Below, piece by piece: positions 52,788 through 64,000 of a stretch of 64,000 nucleotides of DNA; the stretch's first letter is position 1, and each line of letters starts with the position of its first letter. A program made the translations under genes and the position numbers. Below the pieces are notes generated by a model, which had not been told where the DNA came from, searched no databases, and saw nothing but the letters and a program-made list of their open reading frames with translations. Source of the stretch: Macrostomum lignano (Eukaryota); NCBI GenBank assembly GCA_002269645.1, contig NIVC01001253.1:124001-188000 (forward strand), in the 5' to 3' direction.

Positions 52788-53220
52788 GCAGCCAACCAGG
52801 CGCAAAATGCTGGGCTGGGGTGCCCCGCACTCTGGTCCGGCGAAGAGCGAAAATAAAGGGATGACAACAGCCAGTGCAATTAAGCAGGGCTGGATTAGGC
52901 GCGGCGCATTCACCACACAACTGCCAATGCATTTCTGCTTTTCTCATTGAGTAAATTGAGAAATTCGGCTTGAAACTCTATGAAGTCATCATGCAGTTTC
53001 ACAATTATTTGTAATTCAAACAATTAATTACTTTGCTCAATTTCCCTTCTGTTAAAGCCGGATCTCTTGCCTGCATTGCAGAAGCCCAGAGGCCCTGCAA
53101 GCAGCCGCTCACCGCTTCGATTCGGGCCTCCATCGGTGAGTCTGGCCGGTTCGGCTTTCACTGCCGCATTGCGCCTTCCAACAGGCAGACAGCTTGGAGC
53201 AGAAATTGCAGCACTCTCAG

Positions 53221-53675
53221 CTCTCCTGCTTGTTCTGTCTATCAAAATCAGAAAATCAGCACACGCATCTTGGATCATTCCAGGCTCTCAGACGACTCCC
53301 ACCAAGATGCCGTGCTCTCACGACTCCCACGCTCTTCGCGCCTGAGCGAGGAGCTGCATCGACTGCTCAGCGATGCGGGATTCACCGAGCAGAGAGCAAA
53401 GTGTCAGCAAAGACTGGCTGACTGGCTGGAAGGAGTCGCTCGAATCCTCACACAGGATGACAGGCAGATGACGGGCAGCTACGCAGAGGGCTGGGCAAAC
53501 AGTCTGGTGCAAGTGAACGGCAGGACAGCTGCAGACTCGGACATTGATTGGACTGTGCTGGTTGCTGGGCAAGAGTTCCATCTGGAAGGTGGCTGCGGAG
53601 GAAGCTACGGTTCCTGCAATAAAGCCGCTCGGCTGCAGGTCAAGGAGGGCCACGCACAAGTGCCAGTGGGAGCAG
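53221..53675 (+). CDS. ANK-cGLR copy 2, exon 2: nucleotidyltransferase core
   Basis: GSYAEG at 53474 and DSDID (DxD 53540-53548). Phase-2 acceptors possible at 53185, 53221 or 53284; phase-1 donor at 53675/53676. Confidence 0.85.
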
Positions 53676-54129
53676 GTGAGTGAGGCTGGGTTCATCATCA
53701 AAGTTCCCAGATCTTCCTGCAACTTAAAGCCAAATGCAAAATTTTCAAGAATTCAAGTAGCCGTGTTTGAAATTTACAAGGCATTCAGAGCTGCCTCATA
53801 CCCTGTAAAGTGTGAAAAAATGAGCCGAAACCAACCTTGACTGCCTGATTGGTGCCTTGCTGCGGGGCACTGAGTCCTGATGATGCTTGAGCTGAAAACT
53901 GAGAAAGCCTGTCCTGTCCAGTCGCTATGCGATCAAATAAAGAGTTATAAAAATTAAAACCTTTCAAATTAGTATTTGAAAAACTAAAAAAGCAGTTTCA
54001 AAAAAACCCATCTTGTTTTAACCTGCGTATCGATCTAATAAACGCCAAGAGGCTTCGTCAACTCTCAGTTGTATCTCTCTGCCTTAGTCTACACCCTCCC
54101 CAAAAAGTGACTCTCAATGCGCTCTGCAG

Positions 54130-55730
54130 GAAGCCAACCTGCAGTGACAGCCACGGCCTGCGGCGTGCGGCCTGCACAGGACACCTGCCATGCGATCGAC
54201 TGCTGCAGCAGTTTCTGTAAGGACAGAATAAAAGAACTGCTTGGATACAGTGTTCCTGTTCACCTCGTTCGGGCGACCAGACCGAATGAGACCAACGAGC
54301 TCAGAGTGAGCTTTAGCTTCCAAGAGAAACACACCATGAGACGGCTGAGCAAAGTCCAGGGCCAGCTGTTCACACTCATCAAGTTCATCTTCAAGAGACA
54401 CTTGCCGCTCACTCTGGACACGCCTGGACTCAAGACCTACCATGCAAAGACTCTGCTATTCTTCATGCTGGAGAAGCATGGCACAGATCCTGAAACTGAG
54501 GCTTGGCAGCCCCACAATCTGATCGCTCTGCTCAAGGAGTCTCTCGACATGATGCTGAGCTTCATCGACTCAAGAAGCAGCTCGCCCGATGAGTGCATGC
54601 CGCACTTCTTCATGCCCGACGCTCCGCTCTACTTCAAGAACGCTGGAATCGGCGGCGACTTCGACAACACGAAGGCGAGGGTTCGAGACCGACTTTGTGA
54701 GTTGAGAAGCGACATCGGCGGAGTGGTCGAGCAGCTGAGGAGACTCGTGAGACCTCTGCAGTCAGAGAAGTTCTACCTTCACCCGTTCACTCTGCTGCCT
54801 CTGACAGCGCCGCCTGCTGTCACAAAGATCAGAAAAGGAAGTTATGTCAGTGAGATTTACGCAGATGTTTACAGTGTAGTGCACCAGTGTGTGAGCGAGC
54901 TGCAGTCGGAATCGAGCGACAGAGACACCCTGATGAGGCAGCTCAGTGTCCTGCATGAGCTGCAGTGGTGCAAGTGCGCCGCTCTGTGCATGACCGCCAT
55001 GGCGCATTTGAAGTTCGGAGAATCTGAGGAGGCTGAGAGACTCGCGATGGAGCTGCAGAGACATCAGGTTGAGTCAGGGTTGAAGCCACAGGATATTCGA
55101 GAAGAAGAGTTTGATGATGTATACGTTATGTACCCGATAAAACTGCCAGAAGACGCAGACTGGGCGTGCAGGTTCTGCCTTTCCTGCGACTCTCCGCCTC
55201 GCTTCCCATTCGTTCCCGAGTTCATGCAGACTCTGTTCACAGCCAGACTGTCGCAGCCTCTCTCCTCCCACCTGTACGTGAACTTCCGCTGCCTGAGCTG
55301 GAGTCTCCAAGCTGAGCTGCTCCGCAATCGCGCACCTGCAATCGCATTCGATCATTGGATTAAACAGCTGCTTGGAGACCCGGACTTGGAGGAGCTGCTC
55401 ACTCTGGCTCACTACAGCGACTGCCGCGAGCACGTGGAGCTCAGCCTGCAGCAGATGGAGATGATCGAGACAGAGAGACGCGTCGCCATGGAGACGCAGG
55501 ACGAGGAGAAGATCGGCTGGGTCAGGCAGAAGCGGTGGCGAGTTTCGAACCGCAGCGGCAGCGACAGCGGCGCTCACCGCAGCAGGGAAGATGAGGAGCG
55601 GAGGCTGTGGGCGAGGGCGAGGCTGCGGCGAGACGGGGCCGACTTGAGGCGCCTGGTCGCCATGGAAACTGCAGCGGAGCAGAGAGACAGCTGGACTCAC
55701 GCCAAGCTCAGTCGGATGAGACTGCAGTGA
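54130..55730 (+). CDS. ANK-cGLR copy 2, exon 3: Mab-21 domain plus helical C-terminal extension
   Basis: Phase-1 acceptor at 54129; third Asp in QDTCHAI (54180-54182); RVSFSFQEK, LKTYHAKTLLF, CMPHFFMP; stop at 55730. Confidence 0.88.
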
Positions 55731-56779
55731 CCTGAGGACTTCGCTGCTCAGATTTACAAGTTCTGCTGGATTAAAATTTCGGACCCAATATAAGTGTGTA
55801 CTTTTACCGTTGAGTTTCCTTGATTTTCTTGTGTTAAGTTCGGTTGAGTTCGTGCTTTATAATTTGTGTATTTTGTCATATGATTATCCATTGTCGCTCA
55901 CTTAGTAGCTATTTAAGAATGAGCACATCGAGAGACACTGAGTTGGATCAGCCCTCCTGCTATGAACTGCAGTTTTGTACATTTGTGCTGCAAACCAAAA
56001 TTATCACTGCATGCTGAATTGCTTTTTCCGTTCAAACTGCGTGTCTGCTTTGATGCGGGCTTTTCTCTGCTATTTTTTTGTGCGGAATTCAATACCCAAT
56101 TGCCAATGCTGTTTAATGAAATATTCAAGCCAAATGCACAGGTAGCAGTTATCTGCATGAACTGGAAGATCCGAAGGTCGGCTGGGTCAGGGAGAAGCTG
56201 GAGAGATTTGGTGCCGCAGCCTGAGTTGAATTCGGAATTTTGTAAGCTTCTCTGGCTTTTTCGCGAGCTGTTTGAGAAATTTTACTGCACATATTTCTGA
56301 TAAATATGTTTGGATGTTCTTATAATATCGCTTCAAATATTGTGTGTACATGCTCTTCGAGTATTTAAGCACCTGCTCTCAGAATCCGCTGAATCAGACT
56401 GCAAATTGATTTCATCATGTTCTCATGAACATTCAGTGACTGACAGCCTAATCAACATCTGTTACAATTCTGTTTTCATCTTAATTCTGTCAATGTGATC
56501 ATATTGTAAAAAACCAAAAGAAAAATGATAAAATAGTTTGATCTGATATGAAAAGTTGTTTTGTTAAAATTTTTAGAATCTTTATCCAGCTAAAATTTAA
56601 ATTAATGAAAAATGCGTGCATGAATTTTTAATAACATTATTTTGCTCATAGTAACGCAAGTCTCAAACATTTTTTGATGTTTTAGTCCTGCAAAACAAGT
56701 TTTGTTAATTTATTTCTTGACTGTACAACGCGAAATTTTCATGTAAAACAGGGATACAAGACAACATTTTTAAAGCCAT

Positions 56780-57733
56780 TCACCTGCGAGATCCCTAAAG
56801 TTAATCACCTGCAAGATCCCTAAAGTTAATCACCTGCAAGATCCCTAAAATTAATCACCTGCGAGATCCCTAAAGTTAATCACCTGCGAGATCCCTAAAG
56901 TTAATCACCTGCAAGATTCCTAAAGTTAATCACCTGCAAGATCCCTAAAGTTAATCACCTGCAAGATCCCTAAAGTTAATCACCTGCAAGATTCCTAAAG
57001 TTAATCACCTGCAAGATTCCTAAAGTTAATCACCTGCAAGATTCCTAAAGTTAATCACCTGCAAGATCCCTAAAGTTAATCACCTGCGAGATCCCTAAAG
57101 TTAATCACCTGCAAGATCCCTAAAGTTAATCACCTGCGAGATCCCTAAAGTTAATCACCTGCGAGATCCCTAAAGTTAATCGCCTGCAAGATCCCTAAAG
57201 TTAATCACCTGCGAGATCCCTAAAGTTAATCACCTGCGAGATCCCTAAAGTTAATCACCTGCGAGATCCCTAAAGTTAATCACCTGCAAGATCCCTAAAG
57301 TTAATCACCTGCGAGATCCCTAAAGTTAATCACCTGCGAGATCCCTAAAGTTAATCACCTGCAAGATCCCTAAAGTTAATCACCTGCAAGATTCCTAAAG
57401 TTAATCACCTGCAAGATCCCTAAAGTTAATCACCTGCAAGATCCCTAAAGTTAATCACCTGCAAGATCCCTAAAGTTAATCACCTGCAAGATTCCTAAAG
57501 TTAATCACCTGCAAGATTCCTAAAGTTAATCACCTGCAAGATCCCTAAAGTTAATCACCTGCAAGATCCCTAAAGTTAATCACCTGCAAGATTCCTAAAG
57601 TTAATCACCTGCGAGATCCCTAAAGTTAATCACCTGCGAGATCCCTAAAGTTAATCACCTGCAAGATCCCTAAAGTTAATCACCTGCAAGATTCCTAAAA
57701 TTAATCACCTGCAAGATCCCTAAAGTTAATCAC
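56780..57733. repeat. 25-bp minisatellite (TTAATCACCTGCAAGATCCCTAAAG)
   Basis: Period 25 (56801 and 56826). Confidence 0.95.
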
Positions 57734-57741
57734 TATATATA

Positions 57742-59962
57742 TGATGTAACCGCCCTTGTCGCCTGTCCGCTCCGTAGAGAGACGAACGCATGACTAGAGG
57801 GGGCAATGATCGTAGGCTGCCTATGACCGGGCAATGACCTGACGGACCTCCAGCACCAGACTGTCCCGCCCACATGATTGATAGCTTTGGTAGCGCTTCG
57901 TGACCAGAGGGCCAAGGACCCACATGGACCCCACCTGTAGCCAAGGTGCAATAGTTGGTCACTCGGTCATAGTATGACCGAGTGGCTGCCACCACTCTAT
58001 GTGACCTGGCGCACCTGGATCTTTCTACCAGACCTCTCGAGGCTAGAGCCCCGCCTGGGATGGTTACCAGGAGATTTAGGCTAACAGGGGAGACACATGC
58101 AGCCGAGTACAGGGACTCTGCTTGGGGCATGATCGGGAACTCTGGGCTCAATCTGGAGGATTTCTCAGCAGGGGATCCTTTGTGGCTGTGAGCGAGGCTA
58201 ACTTGCGACTTTGATTACTAAGAGTAGTATGAGGCGAACATGCACTAGCTATATAGTTTAGATTGCTCAGGGCGAAGGGACGCGTAAGCAGGGTGTTGCA
58301 ATCTTCCTGCTGCCATTCTGTGCCATGAACCGCTAATCCCCTCTACAGCACGCAGACACGGACCCGCAGCACGCACTCACAGGCGAGCTTTGCACGGGGA
58401 GAGGCCATTAGCTTACCCAAACTTCCTTATGCTTCGCCACCCCGGGAAAAAGGCTTAGCAAGCCATGGGTGAAATGATGGTGAAAGAGTAAATAATGATG
58501 AGGTTAGTTAATAGGTAATAATTAGGCCCTTAGGCAAATAGTCAGGCAATTAGGCAGCTTCACTATTGAGTGAAATACAGCAAAGGTTACGGTATCACAA
58601 TTGACTCAGCTCTCTAATTAAGCAATGGCAAATAGGAAAACCCCGGATAAGCAAAGGCGATTAAAGAGCACAAATTAGTAACAGGAACTTACCGGCAGCT
58701 GCACAGAGAGAGAGAGAGAGGCGGAGTGACCGGTGGCGGCTGTAGGCTGCAGTCAGGCAGACAGTGAAGCTGCGATGCGCTGAAGCGACGAGGCGCTGAT
58801 GTAGATCAGGCGATGCTGATGATGCTGGGCGGTATCAGACCGCTGGCCGATAGGCGAGCTCGCTTGGGGAGCTGAAGATAACTTGGCGGTAACAGACGGA
58901 CCGGCAGGGGTTCGTCTGATAGACGGGAAGGTCAGAGCAATGTCTGACCGCAAGTCCAAAGAAGGACGAGGAGAGGAACAGAGATAAACTCAGTTGAGGA
59001 TTCTCATGCCGAAATCGCTTCCTTTTATAGCCTTCACAGCCGCCTCTCCAAGGTCGTTTCCATGACTCCCTCTCTCTGATTGGCTGCCGGCAGAATGACG
59101 TCAGAAATAGTCATAATGAGAAACATAAGACCGGCATAGCAACATGAGAAATGGGAGAATTGCGCAATCCGGAGGTGGGGTGGGGGGATAATTGGCGCAG
59201 CGGGTGGTCGCGAAAGTGTTGCGCAAGCAAACATTGAGAACAATGGGGCTGGGATCGAGAACAAAGGAATCGGAAATCGGGAATAATTGGGGAGAATCGA
59301 GAACAATAGAAAAGCAAACATTGGGGAAAAGGTAATAATTAGGTGCGAAAACGAGAACAATGGAAAGAGGAAATCGGAGAAAATGTGATAATTGGTGGGG
59401 GTAAAGAGTACAAAAGAATCAAAAACGAGAACAATAGAAGCGGAGGTGGGGTGGGTGTCGCATGAGAAATTTGGGGAGGAGAACAATGGCATGAGATAAG
59501 GTTGCGCAAGAGAGGGGGTGAGTCAACGATGAGTCATCGAGGGGAAGAAGGGGTCACACGACTTGCGTCACCGTTTGGGAGTTTGAGAAGGGATGGGGAG
59601 ACGGTGAGCACACAAAATACTGTAAGTAGACACAGGGAAAGAGGGGACAGCGCAGGAAAAGAGTGCAGAGAGAAACAAAAAGAGAGGGGACAGGAAGAGT
59701 ACAAGAAGAATAGGGTAGAGCGCAGGGGAGATAGGGTGGAGGGGGGAGGTACAGAGAGGGACAGGGAGCTCCGGAAAGGCAAGTGTGGCGGCAGGGAAGA
59801 CGGAGCCAAGGCAGCAGGGGGGTGCAGCAGAGCGGGAGTCTCCAGGCCTGGCCGGAGACCTGGCCGAGTCTCGACAGCTCTGTGCAGGCGGGTGCACGAG
59901 ATAGGAGGCACTTTCGAAAAAGTTCCCATGCCCTATCCCGCGACCAGAGCGTGGTTACATCA
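57742..59962 (-). mobile_element. 2.2-kb solo-LTR-like element with TG..CA ends and TATA target duplication
   Basis: TGATGTAACC...GGTTACATCA perfect terminal inverted repeat, TATA on both flanks (57738-57741, 59963-59966), no convincing coding capacity. Confidence 0.65.
59023..59103 (-). promoter_or_regulatory. Pol II promoter-like motif set inside the LTR-like element
   Basis: In minus-strand order: CRE TGACGTCA (59096-59103), CCAAT (59079-59083), TATAAAA (59023-59029). Motif match only. Confidence 0.45.
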
Positions 59963-60003
59963 TATATCCCTATAAGCTGTGATGGCGGCTCGGTGCGAAT
60001 GAC

Positions 60004-60491
60004 CATCTGTATTGGCGCCACTGACTCATCTGTATTGGCGCCACTGACTCATCTGTATTGGCGCCACTGACTCATCTGTATTGGCGCCACTGACTCATCT
60101 ATATTGGCGCCACTGACTCATCTGTATTGACGCCACTGACTCATCTGTATTGGCGCCACTGACTCATCTGTATTGGCGCCACTGACTCATCTGTATTGGC
60201 GCCACTGACTCATCTGTATTGGCGCCACTAGCTCATCTGTATTGGCGCCACTGACTCATCTGTATTGGCGCCACTGACTCATCTGTATTGGCGCCACTGA
60301 CTCATCTGTATTGGCGCCACTGACTCATCTGTATTGGCGCCACTGACTCATCTGTATTGGCGCCACTGACTCATCTGTATTGGCGCCACTGACTCATCTG
60401 TATTGGCGCCACTGACTCATCTGTATTGGCGCCACTGACTCATCTGTATTGGCGCCACTGATTCATCTGTATTGGCGCCACTGACTCATCC
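60004..60491. repeat. 23-bp minisatellite (same family as 42869-43050), about 21 units
   Basis: Direct reading. Confidence 0.95.
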
Positions 60492-60787
60492 GCACTGCCG
60501 CAGTCAGTTACCAATGCACACCAAGTTCATTCCGAACATGCAGACCCCAGATGGCTGGCAATATCCAGTCAGGTAAAATATTCTCAGCCACTTGAGCAAA
60601 CAGCATGGCGTGTCCTGAGTGGCAGTGTTAATGAGGCCAAATCCATAAATCCATAGTTTCCCCATAATCCACGGCTCACATGCACAAAACTTGTGAAATA
60701 CGTGCGCTGTGACTGCAGCTGCTCAGACATTCACCAACCGGCATTCTTTGAGTGCTCGACTCATTTTGATCTCTTCGAATTTTGAAT

Positions 60788-61670
60788 CTCCCTCTCCCTA
60801 TTCCGCCTCTCCCTCTCCCGCCTCTCCCTCTCCCGCCTCTCCCTCTCCCGCCTCTCCCTCTCCCGCCTCTCCCTCTCCCGCCTCTCCCTCTCCCGCCTCT
60901 CCCTCTCCCGCCTCTCCCTCTCCCGCCTCTCCCTCTCCCGCCTCTCCCTCTCCCGCCTCTCCCTCTCCCGCCTCTCCCTCTCCCGCCTCTCCCTCTCCCG
61001 CCTCTCCCTCTCCCGCCTCTCCCTCTCCCGCCTCTCCCTCTCCCGCCTCTCCCTCTCCCTCTCCCGCCTCTCCCTCTCCCGCCTCTCCCTCTCCCTCTCC
61101 CGCCTCTCCCTCTCCCGCCTCTCCCTCTCCCTCTCCCGCCTCTCCCTCTCCCTCTCCCGCCTCTCCCTCTCCCTCTCCCGCCTCTCCGTCTCCCGCCTCT
61201 CCCTCTCTTGTTTCTCCCTCTCCCGCCTCTCCCTCTCCCGCCTCTCCCTCTCTTGTCTCTCCCTCTCCCGCCTCTCCCTCTCCCGCCTCTCCCTCTCCCG
61301 CCTCTCCCTCTCCCGCCTCTCCCTCTCCCGCCTCTCCCTCTCCCGCCTCTCCGTCTCCCGCCTCTCCCTCTCTTGTTTCTCCCTCTCTTGTCTCTCCCTC
61401 TCCCGCCTCTCCCTCTCCCGCCTCTCCCTCTCCCGCCTCTCCCTCTCTTGTCTCTCCCTCTCCCGCCTCTCCCTCTCTTGTTTCTCCCTCTCCCGCCTCT
61501 CCCTCTCCCGCCTCTCCCTCTCCCGCCTCTCCCTCTCCCGCCTCTCCCTCTCCCGCCTCTCCCTCTCCCGCCTCTCCCTCTCCCGCCTCTCCCTCTCCCG
61601 CCTCTCCCTCTCCCGCCTCTCCCTCTCCCGCCTCTCCCTCTCCCGCCTCTCCCTCTCCCGCCTCTCCGTC
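60788..61670. repeat. 15-bp polypyrimidine minisatellite (same family as 40440-41115)
   Basis: Direct reading. Confidence 0.95.
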
Positions 61671-61926
61671 TCGCGTCGAAGTCGGCCGCTTTCTGAAGGA
61701 CCTGAAGCGCTGCGCTCTGAAGCAAAACAGCTCGGCTTTGAGGAGAGCCACAGCTGGAAAGTCATTCGGACAGCACGAAAGACTGGCCGAAATCGTCACT
61801 GAAGCGAAATTACAACACCTTTTTCATTGAGCTATTGACCATTGTCTAGAGGCTGGGTCATTGAGTTGTTGGTCATTTAGTTGTTGGTCATTGAGTTGTT
61901 GGGTCATTGAGCTGTCCGTCATTGAG

Positions 61927-62640
61927 CTGTGGGCGAGGGCGAGGCTGCGGCGAGACGGGGCCGACTTGGGTCGCCTGGTTGCCATGGAAACTGCAGCGGA
62001 GCAGAGAGACGGCTGGGCTCACGCCAAGCGCAGTCGGATGAGACTGCAGTGACCTGAGGACTTCGTTGCTCAGATTTACAAGTTTCGCTGGACTAGACTT
62101 CCAGACATGAAAACTGTGTGCTTTACCGTTGGGTTTTCTTGTTTTTTCTAGTACGAGCTACATGCTCTTGGAATATTTTCCGTAGATTTTCCCTTGTTGC
62201 TGACTCATTTCCCCTTTTTGCTCTTTTTGGGTAGTGTGCACATCGGGACCCATCGAATGGGAGCAGCCCTCTTGCTATGAACTGCAGTTTCGCACATTTG
62301 CGCTGCAATTCAATTCACACTGCATGCTGAATTGCTTTTTCCATTCAAACTGCGTGTCTGCTTTGATGCGGGTTTTTTTCTGCGATTTTGTTCTGCGGAC
62401 TTCAATACCCAATTGCCTGTTTGAGAAATCTGTTTGAGAAAGTTTACGGGCACATATTTCTGACAATATTTTAGATGTACTTTTACGGCTTAAAGCATTG
62501 AGTGTACATGCTCCTGGATTATTTAGACACCTGGTCTCAGAATAAGCTCAATCAGCATGCAAATAAATATCATCATGTACTTTCATTGCGTATTAATGTA
62601 CTCTGCAGTGACTGACAGCCTGACAACTCCCTCATGAACA
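61927..62640 (+). pseudogene. Orphan 3' end of a cGLR gene (last ~40 codons plus trailer)
   Basis: LWARARLRRDGADLGRLVAMETAAEQRDGWAHAKRSRMRLQ* (stop 62052), followed by a trailer similar to 38520-39450 and 55730-56450. Confidence 0.85.
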
Positions 62641-63019
62641 TTTACAGACTTGACAGAAATTTTCTATTTGATCTAATTGCTATGCTTACTGCTGATAGTA
62701 CGTAGTAAATAGCTAAAAATTTTAATTTTTAATTTCGATGTTCAGATTGAATTCTGCACACACTACATGTACGTAACCTTACGTAACCTTACATGTACAT
62801 ACATGTCAATATTTGTTAATATGCAGAAATAAATTTTTAAAAAATCACGGTGTTTCAATACCCGGAAAAAGTAAAAAGCCGTTAAATATATTCTCCTTAC
62901 AATATTAAATATTCTGTCAACTGAACTACTAGTTGTTCAAATCTATTTGTTATATTTCTCTGCATGCTGCACATGTACAGCAGCTACAGCTTGAAACTCC
63001 TTGATCAGGTGCTTTGCGC

Positions 63020-64000
63020 TCCCAAGATGGTCTTTGCACTTCCAAGATGTGCTTGGCACTCCCAAGATGTGCTTGGCACTCCCAAGATGTGCTTGGCACT
63101 CCCAAGATGTGCTTGGCACTCCCAAGATGTGCTTGGCACTCCCAAGCTGCCATATAGTCAGATGTGCTTGGCACTCCCAAGATGTGCTTGGCACTCCCAA
63201 GCTGCCATATAGTCAGATGTGCTTGGCACTTCCAAGATGTGCTTGGCACTCCCAAGCTGCCATATAGTCAGATGTGCTTGGCACTCCCAAGATGTGCTTG
63301 GCACTCCCAAGCTGCCATATAGTCAGATGTGCTTGGCACTTCCAAGATGTGCTTGGCACTCCCAAGATGTGCTTGGCACTCCCAAGATGTGCTTGGCACT
63401 TCCAAGATGTGCTTGGCACTCCCAAGATGTGCTTGGCACTCCCAAGATGTGCTTGGCACTCCCAAGCTGCCATATAGTCAGATGTGCTTGGCACTTCCAA
63501 GATGTGCTTGGCACTCCCAAGATGTGCTTGGCACTCCCAAGATGTGCTTGGCACTTCCAAGATGTGCTTGGCACTCCCAAGATTCCATATATTCAGATGT
63601 GCTTGGCACTCCGAAGATTCCATAGTCAGATGTGCTTGGCACTCCCAAGATTCCATAGTCAGATGTGCTTGGCACTCCCAAGATTCCATAGTCAGATGTG
63701 CTTGGCACTGCCAAGCTGCCATATAGTCAGATGTGCTTGGCACTCCCAAGATTCCATATAGTCAGATGTGCTTGGCACTCCCAAGATTCCATATATTCAG
63801 ATGTGCTTGGCACTGCCAAGCTGCCATATAGTCAGATGTGCTTGGCACTCCCAAGATTCCATAGTCAGATGTGCTTGGCACTCCCAAGATTCTATATAGT
63901 CAGATGTGCTTGGCACTCCCAAGATTCCATAGTCAGATGTGCTTGGCACTCCCAACATTCCATAGTCAGATGTGCTTGGCACTCCCAAGATTCCATAGTC
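63020..64000. repeat. 20-bp minisatellite (GATGTGCTTGGCACTCCCAA) with 13-15 bp intercalated units, open at window end
   Basis: Direct reading; the inserts are themselves repeated (GCTGCCATATAGTCA, GATTCCATAGTCA). Confidence 0.95.

Noticed and set aside
62943-63030. Possible terminal exon of a minus-strand gene (..HLIKEFQAVAAVHVQHAEKYNK*)
   Set aside because: Too short, abuts a minisatellite, and has no clear acceptor or homology.
63020-64000. CRISPR-like repeat/spacer pattern
   Set aside because: The intercalated segments are short, repeated and near-identical rather than unique spacers; eukaryotic context, no cas genes.
26147-64000. A STING or other cyclic-dinucleotide effector gene next to the cGLRs
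   Set aside because: Looked for but none recognised in this window; animal cGLRs and STING need not be linked.

Overview
Eukaryotic, intron-rich, minisatellite-laden genomic DNA. The gene content, GC-rich exons and tandem arrays in most introns look like an invertebrate such as the flatworm Macrostomum; this is an inference, not tested. 1-27 kb holds a minus-strand protocadherin (7 cadherin repeats plus TM in one large exon) arranged head-to-head with a complete 18-coding-exon ARMC3 orthologue (884 aa, all splice phases consistent). 29-63 kb is a tandem cluster of candidate innate-immune receptor genes. Each has a predicted N-myristoylation motif, a long array of near-identical 99-bp (33-aa) ankyrin-like repeats with a few hypervariable positions, and canonical ankyrins. 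Splice phases predict fusion to a cGAS/Mab-21-family nucleotidyltransferase (cGLR) with all three catalytic Asp residues present. There are two full-length paralogues (about 37 and 15 variable repeats), each with one reading-frame lesion inside the repeat array, plus orphan 3' fragments. The cluster also carries a decayed Ty3/Gypsy element, two solo-LTR-like inserts and many minisatellites; a tRNA-derived SINE sits in the last ARMC3 intron. All exon structures and domain calls were read by eye with no database searches or transcript data.
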